Source of the DNA: an uncultured bacterium
GTDB taxonomy: Bacteria > Verrucomicrobiota > Verrucomicrobiia > Verrucomicrobiales > DEV007
Length of the DNA stretch: 58,377 bases
Direction of reading: 5' to 3'
Assembly (NCBI GenBank): GCA_963977015.1
Contig: CAXBMO010000033.1
Location: 1-58,377 of the forward strand
Of this stretch, positions 51,462 through 58,377 are shown one piece after another. Under the pieces are notes generated by a model. That model was not told where the DNA came from. It searched no databases and was given only the letters and a program-made list of their open reading frames with translations. The translations under genes were made by a program, and so were the position numbers. Positions within the stretch are counted from its first letter, which is position 1. Each line of letters opens with the position of its first letter.

Positions 51462-51851
51462 ATGAAAGTCCCCTGCTTGACCCTTGTCGCGATTCTGAGC
51501 ATCGCGCTTCCGTCCGTTCTCTCCGCTCAAAATCAGTATCCGGGAATCACGGATGAAGCGATCGACGCGGCGCCGACCCTTGGTCAGGTGATTGCCTACA
51601 ATCAGGAATTGGGTTTTGTCATTACCAACGCGAACAGCTTGAAGGGCGTGAAGCTGGATGAACGGCTCGCGGTCGTTCAAAACGGGATCCTGGTCGCAAT
51701 TGGTTATGTGGAAGATGTGAACCAGCAAACCGCCACGATTTCTCTGCCGAACAAGCGGGCCTATCCGAGCCCCAACCGGCGTCCCCGAGTCTATTCCAAG
51801 AGCAACCCGCAAAACGATCGGGTGATCTTTTTCCCTCCGAGAACGAAGTAG
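51462..51851 (+). CDS. Secreted single-domain protein (paralogue 2)
   Basis: Signal peptide; APTLGQV...N.ELGFVI......GV....LAV...G. Confidence 0.75.
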   Translation: MKVPCLTLVAILSIALPSVLSAQNQYPGITDEAIDAAPTLGQVIAYNQELGFVITNANSLKGVKLDERLAVVQNGILVAIGYVEDVNQQTATISLPNKRAYPSPNRRPRVYSKSNPQNDRVIFFPPRTK

Positions 51852-52235
51852 TTGATCGTTGTCCCCAAACCGAGCCTCCGTTGGATCTCGGTGCTAATTG
51901 CTGGATTGTTGGTTAGCGCCGCGACGCTTCTCGTTGCGCAAACACGGAAACCCAGCGAGGCCGAAGTTCGGAACGCGCCCAAAATCGGCGAGGTGCGGGC
52001 CTTCAACAAGGATTTCGGGTTTATCGTGGTCGATGCAGGCTCAAATCGCGGTGTGAAGCCAAGAATGCAGCTGGGCGTGCGGCGGAGCGGCAAACTCGTC
52101 ATCATCGCGATCGTCGAGACGGTGACCGGGGAAACGGCGACTTGCGGGTTGCTCGGCTACATTCCGCCGACCGAGCCGACCACGAACGCGCCGCGAGTCG
52201 GTGACGATGTGATCGCCTATCCGCCAAAGGGCTGA
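51852..52235 (+). CDS. Secreted single-domain protein (paralogue 3)
   Basis: Signal-like segment; APKIGEV...N.DFGFIVVDAG...GV....L.VRR.G...PRVGDDV. Confidence 0.75.
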   Translation: MIVVPKPSLRWISVLIAGLLVSAATLLVAQTRKPSEAEVRNAPKIGEVRAFNKDFGFIVVDAGSNRGVKPRMQLGVRRSGKLVIIAIVETVTGETATCGLLGYIPPTEPTTNAPRVGDDVIAYPPKG

Positions 52236-52304
52236 CTTGAGATTGGGCCGGGCTGCGTTTCTTTCCTTGCTATTCCCGGTTCTCCCCCTCAACTTTTGCG
52301 CTTC

Positions 52305-53498
52305 ATGAAAGCCCTAATTTTTGCATCCGTGGCGCTGTTTGCTCTCGGCTCGATCCAAGCTGCTGAGGTCAACATCACGCCCATCCTTACCGACCATTCA
52401 TTTGAGCGGCCAGTATCTCTGATGATCCCTCCAGACGGATCAAAACGGCAGTTTTTGGTCGAGCAAACCGGGAAGATCAAGATTTTGGGCGAAAATGGCG
52501 AATCCAGGGTGTTCCTGGATTTTTCTGATCGAGCCATGGCGGAGCGCGATTTTGAGGAAGGGTTGCTCGGTCTTGCGTTTCATCCCAACTACGCCGAGAA
52601 CCGCAAATTTTACGTGTATTACAGCCAGCAGGGCCCCAAGCGCAGTGTGATCAGCGAGATCCAGGCTTCCAAGGACGATCCCGGCCTGGCGGATTTGTCG
52701 ACCGAACGCATTTTGTTGGAAATCCAGCAACCGGAATGGAATCACAACAGCGGAAACCTGTTTTTCGGTCCCAACGATGGGCTGCTCTATATCTGTGTGG
52801 GGGATGGCGGGATGAAGAACGGCGTGTTCATGCTCGCGCAGAAGCTCACCCGCTGGAATGGCAAGGTGCTGAGAATCGATGTGGATGGCAGTTCCGGGCA
52901 TCGGCCCTACGGAATCCCGGCGGACAACCCGTTCATCGACACCCCGAACGCGTGTCCTGAAATTTACGCCTATGGGTTTCGCAATCCCTGGGGAGCCTCA
53001 ATCGATCCGGAAACGGGACTGTTTTGGCTGGCTGATGTCGGGCAAAACCTCTGGGAGGAAGTGAATCTGGTCGAGAAAGGTGGAAATTATGGATGGGAAT
53101 ATCGGGAAGGACTTCACCAGTTTTATGAGCGGGATAAAATGATGGATGCCCTCGGCATCGGAGCCAAACAGCGCGCACCAAAGGCGGGCACCACGTTTGT
53201 TGATCCGATTTGGGAATACGATCGCACCCAGGGTCTGAGCATCACCGGGGGATTCGTGTATCGCGGAGAAAAGATTCCGGCCCTGAAGGGATGCTTCATC
53301 GTGGGTGACTGGAAGCTGGGAAATACCTGGGCGTTGAAATACGACCAGGCGGCTGGGAAGGTTGCGGAAGCAATCGAGCTGTATCGCCCGACCCAGGAAG
53401 ATAAGTTTCAGCCAACAGCGTTTTGCCCGGATCTTGACGGCGAGATCATCGTGTTGAACTGGGATGGCCGCATTTTTCGCATCGATCCCGCAGGCTGA
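52305..53498 (+). CDS. Glucose/sorbosone dehydrogenase-family beta-propeller (PQQ-dependent-like)
   Basis: Signal peptide; E.GLLGLAFHP, NHN.G, GDGG, GKVLRID, IP.DNPF, AYGFRNPW, ADVG, GGNYGW. Confidence 0.9.
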   Translation: MKALIFASVALFALGSIQAAEVNITPILTDHSFERPVSLMIPPDGSKRQFLVEQTGKIKILGENGESRVFLDFSDRAMAERDFEEGLLGLAFHPNYAENRKFYVYYSQQGPKRSVISEIQASKDDPGLADLSTERILLEIQQPEWNHNSGNLFFGPNDGLLYICVGDGGMKNGVFMLAQKLTRWNGKVLRIDVDGSSGHRPYGIPADNPFIDTPNACPEIYAYGFRNPWGASIDPETGLFWLADVGQNLWEEVNLVEKGGNYGWEYREGLHQFYERDKMMDALGIGAKQRAPKAGTTFVDPIWEYDRTQGLSITGGFVYRGEKIPALKGCFIVGDWKLGNTWALKYDQAAGKVAEAIELYRPTQEDKFQPTAFCPDLDGEIIVLNWDGRIFRIDPAG

Positions 53499-53501
53499 TT
53501 C

Positions 53502-53852
53502 ATGCCGATCTGGATCAAATTTTTGCTGACGGCGGCGTTGATTGTCGCGGTATCGGAAGCGGCCAAGGTGAATGACAAGCTCGGTGCCTTGATCGGTGCG
53601 TTGCCGCTCGTCACCACGCTCACGATGATTTGGTTGTTTGTGGAAAAACAGGGCACCGAGAAAATCGGCACCCATGCCTTTCTCACCTTCTGGTATGTCT
53701 TGCCCACGCTTCCCATGTTTCTGCTGATTCCCTGGCTCCTGCAAAAGCAGTTCGGCTTCTGGTTGTCGCTGGGACTGGGGATCGTCTTGACGTTTCTTTG
53801 TTTCGGGATCCTGGGTCTGGTCCTTCAGCGTTTTAAAATCCCGCTTTGGTAA
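53502..53852 (+). CDS. DUF3147-like membrane protein
   Basis: IK.L.TA.LIV.VSE.AK....GALI.ALPL, TFW.VLPTLP.FL. Confidence 0.78.
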   Translation: MPIWIKFLLTAALIVAVSEAAKVNDKLGALIGALPLVTTLTMIWLFVEKQGTEKIGTHAFLTFWYVLPTLPMFLLIPWLLQKQFGFWLSLGLGIVLTFLCFGILGLVLQRFKIPLW

Positions 53853-53855
53853 TTC

Positions 53856-54635
53856 ATGAGTACGGAAACTGATATCGATCTCCCCACCGCGCGGGTTCGC
53901 GCATTCAGCCCGGATGGCGTCCAGGTTCTGCAGATCCAGGTTGGTGATGTGGAAAGCGAAACGCCGCTGGGCTTCTTCCTGTTGCCGGATGGAAACATCG
54001 ACAACGCGTTTCGCATCGATGCGGGAAGTGGGGATTTGGAAGTGAACAATCCCAGCGCGCTCGATCCCGAAGTGAATCCACGTTTTGAGCTGGCGGTCGA
54101 AGTGACGGATGGCCAGGACAAAGCGGTGGTAGGCGTCGCCGTCGAAGTGGTGAAACGCTCGAAACGCAAAAAGGGAGTTGGCGGTGAAGGAACGAAATTG
54201 ACTCCCGGGCTACAGAAACTGAGAAACGTGTTCGAGACTCTGGACGATGAAATTGCGCAGGGAAGTCGACCGATTTTCGTGGGGTTGAATCAGGAAAACC
54301 ATGGTCTTCTGCTGGCAGGAATCGCGACGAGCGGTGGGCTCCCGACTCCGTTTGCCGTCGCCAAGATCGACATTCTCGATCGCGAAGGTCAGAGCGTGAT
54401 TCGTGAGTCGATTCTTCGGAAATCCGGTGATGAAGGCGAATTTGGGGCGGAGGTCACTCCTTTTCTCTGGGGCAGTTTCGCGACACCCCTCACGATTGAG
54501 GTTTCCATTTCGTTGACCGGGTGGGGAGGCCAAGCTTCGAGAATCAAAGCGCTGACCTACACGTTTGACCCCGAAAAAATCGCGGAGTCGGGTGTGGAAG
54601 GGAAGATCGTCGGCCGGGTGCTTCGGCCCGAGTAG
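53856..54635 (+). CDS. Protein with one N-terminal cadherin-like repeat
   Basis: GN.DNAF.ID..SG.L.V.....LD.E....F.L.VEVTDG pattern. Confidence 0.72.
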   Translation: MSTETDIDLPTARVRAFSPDGVQVLQIQVGDVESETPLGFFLLPDGNIDNAFRIDAGSGDLEVNNPSALDPEVNPRFELAVEVTDGQDKAVVGVAVEVVKRSKRKKGVGGEGTKLTPGLQKLRNVFETLDDEIAQGSRPIFVGLNQENHGLLLAGIATSGGLPTPFAVAKIDILDREGQSVIRESILRKSGDEGEFGAEVTPFLWGSFATPLTIEVSISLTGWGGQASRIKALTYTFDPEKIAESGVEGKIVGRVLRPE

Positions 54636-54656
54636 TGGCGATTCGGCCGTGTTCGA

Positions 54657-56138
54657 TCAAATCTCAGGGATCGGATCGTTGGGGCGAATTTCTTCGAGCT
54701 CCCAGAACACTTTTCCGTCTTCCCGCAGCTCCAAAAGCCGGGATTTGCTCCCGGGCGCAGGTTTCGCGTCGTCCTTCGGAAGCCAGGTGGCGAGAATTTT
54801 CTTCACCGACGCATAGTCGGGATCGTCGGCCAGATTCGTCCATTCATTGGGATCCTGGACCATGTTGTAAAGCTCCTCAGAACCGTCCGCATAGTGGATG
54901 TATCGCCAATTCTCGGTGCGAATGCCGTGATTCCCGGGACTTTGGGTCGTGATGGCCGGGCGAATCCGCTTCTTCGTTGGGTCCTGCAACTGGGCGACCA
55001 GGCTCAGTCCCTCGTTTTGGGGGTTCTCGGGAAGTCCACAGAGTTCCAAAAGGGTCGGATACATGTCGAGCAGCTCGGCTGGTTGGGTGGAGGTGGCGGC
55101 TTTCGCGATTCCAGGTCCGGCGAAGATCAATGGAACCCGCGTTCCACGATCCCAGAGCGTATTTTTCCCCGTGATCTGCTTTTCGCCGAGGTGCCAGCCG
55201 TGATCGCTCCAGAGCACAACGATCGTATTGTCCGCCAAACCGTTCCGTTCCAGGGCATCCAATACCCGGCCGACCTGGCTATCGACAAAGCTGATACACG
55301 CCAAATAACTTCGTGTCAGATTTAAGGTTTCGCCGGATTCCTCAAGAAACTTCAATCGAGGCTCGGGAAGCTTCCAATGGGTGTACCAACTGAATCTCGG
55401 CGTATCATTGCGGTCCCCTTCCAGGATCGGAGGCAACAGGGTCGTTGTTGCCGGATAGAGGTCGAACCATTTTTGGGTCGCATAACAGGGGACGTGGGGC
55501 AGAAAAAACCCGCAGGAGAGGAAAAAGGGGCCGTCCGGCTTGGAATCGAGGGTTTCGACCGCCCAATCGGCCACCAACCAATCGCCCTTCTCCTTGTCAT
55601 CGTGGGGAAACGTTCCCCAATCGACCAACTTGTGAGGTTGCGGCGTGTTCACCAGCTTCTTCTCTGGGAACGGCTTTCCGGAGGCTCCCGGTCCTTTGAT
55701 GTCGAATTCGGCATCTCCCTTTTGCCGGCCATAGCCGCCGTGGTAGATCTTTCCGCCGGAATACGTCGTGTAACCTTGCTGCTTCAAGTACTGCGGCAGG
55801 GTCACGTGGTTTTCCAGACCGGGAACGGTTCGAAACCAGGGTTGAAGGGAATAAACACCCGTTGTCGTAGGACGCAGCCCGGTCATCAGGCTCGTCCGGG
55901 AGGAATTGCAGAGCGGGGCCTGGCAATGCGCGTTGAGAAAGGTCGTTCCCCGTTTCGCGAGCCGGTTCAAATGGGGTGTTTGCACTTGGGGATGCCCGGC
56001 CAACGGGCCAACCCAGTCGTTCAGATCGTCAATCGCCAGAAACAGAATGTTGGGTTTTGAGGATTCCTGGGCAAACCCGGATGGAGCCAGCAAAAGCGCA
56101 ATAACGGAAAGGGCACAAGCAAACAGGGGCTGATTCAT
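54657..56138 (-). CDS. Sulfatase (iduronate-2-sulfatase/choline sulfatase-like)
   Basis: PNILFLAIDDL, CNSSR.SL.TG, GKIYH, PH.P, WSDHG.HLGEK. Confidence 0.92.
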   Translation of the reverse strand: MNQPLFACALSVIALLLAPSGFAQESSKPNILFLAIDDLNDWVGPLAGHPQVQTPHLNRLAKRGTTFLNAHCQAPLCNSSRTSLMTGLRPTTTGVYSLQPWFRTVPGLENHVTLPQYLKQQGYTTYSGGKIYHGGYGRQKGDAEFDIKGPGASGKPFPEKKLVNTPQPHKLVDWGTFPHDDKEKGDWLVADWAVETLDSKPDGPFFLSCGFFLPHVPCYATQKWFDLYPATTTLLPPILEGDRNDTPRFSWYTHWKLPEPRLKFLEESGETLNLTRSYLACISFVDSQVGRVLDALERNGLADNTIVVLWSDHGWHLGEKQITGKNTLWDRGTRVPLIFAGPGIAKAATSTQPAELLDMYPTLLELCGLPENPQNEGLSLVAQLQDPTKKRIRPAITTQSPGNHGIRTENWRYIHYADGSEELYNMVQDPNEWTNLADDPDYASVKKILATWLPKDDAKPAPGSKSRLLELREDGKVFWELEEIRPNDPIPEI

Positions 56139-56280
56139 GGACCATGATTGGCGAGGGGGGAAATGGTCGTCAACCAGGATTGCGAAGCGGTTTTTAACAA
56201 AAACCTGAAAAATGAGAAACAAATCCGCTTGCTTAATTATTAAATTTATAGAAATTATACGTTGCTACTCCCTCACATAG

Positions 56281-58377
56281 ATGAAAACACTACTCAAACG
56301 AAAAATAGCGTCAGCATTTAGCTTGCCTGAGACGTTGGCTTCGGCCGCTGTTTTAGGCATCATTGTTGCTGCTGCAGTTAGCAGCCTTTCGACGTCAGTC
56401 GAAGGGGTCAAGGAATCTAAACTGACTTCGGACGCCAAGGAACTCAATTCTGCGGTCCGAGTCTATGTTGCCAATGGCGGACGGCTCGACGGGGACGAAA
56501 CTCCCGAAGAGGTTATCGCCAAGCTCAAAACCTATCGTACGGCGTCTGAACACAACACCCACGTTGGGCTCAGCGAGAACATGATCGACAATCGCCTCGA
56601 TCCCGTGATGATTGGCAACGGCGAAGTTGGTCAACCTCGCCTCGTGTGGGATGCCGCCGCGCAGCGATTTGTGATGGCGACAACAGGGGCTGGAGTCAAA
56701 GAGTTCAATTACTCGGACACGCCAACTCAGATTGTCGAGGAGGAACGGGGTGATTCGACGTTCGTTTATTCGGAGAATGACGGCTGGGTTTGGGACTACG
56801 CGGAAGTAGACCCCATCAGCAAACCGGTTCCGACAACGGTTTCCCTTTACGATCCGGCAGCCTCCAGCAGTTCGGGGTCAAGTTCATCAGGCTCTGGCGG
56901 AAGCACCGGCGGATCCAGTGGAACTGGAAACAATGGAACAGGAACGGGCAATAATGGCACGGGCACCGGAAACAATGGAACCGGAACTGGTAACAATGGC
57001 ACGGGCACCGGAAACAACGGAACCGGGACGGGTAATAATGGAACCGGCACTGGAAACAGTGGAAGTGGCGACTCGGGCAGTGATGGCAGTTCCGGATCAT
57101 CGACAGGTTCCAGCTCAGGAAGCGGCAGCACGGGCGGTGACAGCGGCAGCGATAGCAGCTCAGGAAGCGGAAGCTCGACTGGAAGTGGATCCTCAGGAAG
57201 CACTGGCGGAAGTGATGGATCCGATGGTTCTGACGGAGGAACCGGATACGAGCCTCCTTCGGAGCCCGTTCAGCTCGCAATGCCACTCATCTCACCTTCA
57301 TCGGGTGAGCACCCCCTCAGCTCATTCCCATTGTCTGCGGGGATTACGAACCCGAACGATTTGAGCTACTCACAGGTTCTTTACAGCGTGAATGGTGATG
57401 ACTGGCAGGTCTACAACATCGCGACGTTTGATGTGGAGCCCAACGAGGTTGTTTACGCCAAATCCGTGAGTTTGGACCTGGATCGCTTCACCGACAGTGA
57501 AAATGCCTATCGCCTTTTCCGCCCCGTTCTGGACCAAATCAGCGGTCAGACTTCCGGACAGTTCAAGAATCCCAGCGGCTCCAACGGGATGGAGGTCTCG
57601 ATCTACCATTCCGGTTATAGCAGCCACTTTGAGTGGGGCGATGGCGCCAATGGAAGTCCCAACAACAGCATGGACTTTAGCGGACAAAGCTTCAGCAACA
57701 TTGATCTCGGCGAGCGGGTGAAAGTTGGAAACCTGAACTACTACAATGGTTCGGTTTGGAGCGGAACCGAAGCTGATTCGGTGGAACTGACCGTCAATCT
57801 GATCCTGAGTGAACCCGAGCAAGTAACGTTGTCGGCCACCTTCACCTTCGATCTCGAGAACACGACCAACAACAGCAACGCCGCGCAAAGTGCCGACTAC
57901 GTTCGCTTTCAGGCACTCCAATCCCTCTCCCAACAGGTGATCAACGGTGTCCGTTACAACATCTCGTTGGAATTCGGGAATTCCACCAGCCAGGGCTTCA
58001 CCTCGATCAGTCAGTTCCACGTTTATGAGAACGCGAGCGCCACGGCAGAGCTGTTCGCCACGGTTTCACCCGAGTCCTACGATCTGGAAAGCCTCGGAAC
58101 GGCTCCGAGCGATGAAGATATTGCGAATCTGGTTCCCGGACGAGAAGTCGTCATTGTGGACGAAGAAGAGGAAGAAGAGGACGACAGCGGAAACGGAAAC
58201 GGAAACGGAAACGGAAACAATGGTCACGGCAACAACACCGATGGAGTTGATGTGAGCAATCCGGGTCAAGGGAACGGTGGTCCAAACGGCGAAGAGGATC
58301 CGTCTGGCGACGTTGATGACGAAAACGGAAACGGAAACGGAAACGGAAACGGAAACGGAAACGGAAACGGAAACGGA
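56281..58377 (+). CDS. Pilin-headed multidomain surface protein, 3' truncated (at least 699 aa)
   Basis: Hand-translated with no stop from ATG 56281 to the window end: MKTLLKRKIASA|FSLPE plus hydrophobic helix (prepilin-like), Gly/Ser/Asn linker, LAMPLISP domain, choice-of-anchor-K-like region (FEWG...DFSG.SF...G.L.YYNG...NT.N...ADY), acidic/GN tail. Absent from the ORF track because it has no stop. Confidence 0.88.
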   Translation, partial: MKTLLKRKIASAFSLPETLASAAVLGIIVAAAVSSLSTSVEGVKESKLTSDAKELNSAVRVYVANGGRLDGDETPEEVIAKLKTYRTASEHNTHVGLSENMIDNRLDPVMIGNGEVGQPRLVWDAAAQRFVMATTGAGVKEFNYSDTPTQIVEEERGDSTFVYSENDGWVWDYAEVDPISKPVPTTVSLYDPAASSSSGSSSSGSGGSTGGSSGTGNNGTGTGNNGTGTGNNGTGTGNNGTGTGNNGTGTGNNGTGTGNSGSGDSGSDGSSGSSTGSSSGSGSTGGDSGSDSSSGSGSSTGSGSSGSTGGSDGSDGSDGGTGYEPPSEPVQLAMPLISPSSGEHPLSSFPLSAGITNPNDLSYSQVLYSVNGDDWQVYNIATFDVEPNEVVYAKSVSLDLDRFTDSENAYRLFRPVLDQISGQTSGQFKNPSGSNGMEVSIYHSGYSSHFEWGDGANGSPNNSMDFSGQSFSNIDLGERVKVGNLNYYNGSVWSGTEADSVELTVNLILSEPEQVTLSATFTFDLENTTNNSNAAQSADYVRFQALQSLSQQVINGVRYNISLEFGNSTSQGFTSISQFHVYENASATAELFATVSPESYDLESLGTAPSDEDIANLVPGREVVIVDEEEEEEDDSGNGNGNGNGNNGHGNNTDGVDVSNPGQGNGGPNGEEDPSGDVDDENGNGNGNGNGNGNGNGNG
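56920..57060 (+). repeat. Six-plus degenerate 21-bp repeats encoding GTGNNGT
   Basis: Perfect at protein level with varied synonymous codons. Confidence 0.92.
58189..58218 (+). repeat. (GGAAAC)5 microsatellite encoding Gly-Asn
   Basis: Five perfect hexamers. Confidence 0.95.
58327..58377 (+). repeat. (GGAAAC)8+ microsatellite running off the window
   Basis: Eight perfect hexamers plus GGA at the end. Confidence 0.95.

Noticed and set aside
56920-58377. Repeats as a CRISPR array
   Set aside because: Contiguous in-frame coding repeats with no unique spacers and no cas genes.

Overview
Chromosomal segment of a Verrucomicrobia bacterium; the 16S carries the EUB338-III signature GCTGCCACCCGTAGGTGT at 3490-3507. 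It opens with a minus-strand rRNA operon (16S, tRNA-Ala, tRNA-Ile, truncated 23S). About 50 genes follow: ispH, trmL, sufS/sufU, potABCD, trpE/trpG, pstS, three sulfatases, SulP, alpha carbonic anhydrase, ArnT and PAP2 envelope enzymes, tRNA-Arg(TCT) and two ParE-type toxin-antitoxin pairs. I found no CRISPR array, transposase or integrase. Best candidate for an undescribed system: a three-gene signalling unit (Hanks Ser/Thr kinase, DUF1318-PstS-OmpA fusion, HAMP/PAS histidine kinase) that shares a spaced Pho-box-like motif (GCAACG-N5-GTCACA) with the stand-alone pstS 25 kb away. Other items: a stand-alone tandem AP2-domain protein; secreted caspase-like proteins (one with two YARHG domains, one apparently Cys-to-Ser inactive); an EF-G remnant; a TA module inside trpE-trpG; three tandem paralogues of a small beta-barrel domain; and a pilin-headed multidomain ORF of at least 699 aa, missed by the ORF track, that runs off the window in a GGAAAC microsatellite. 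All family calls come from motif recognition by eye, with no database search.
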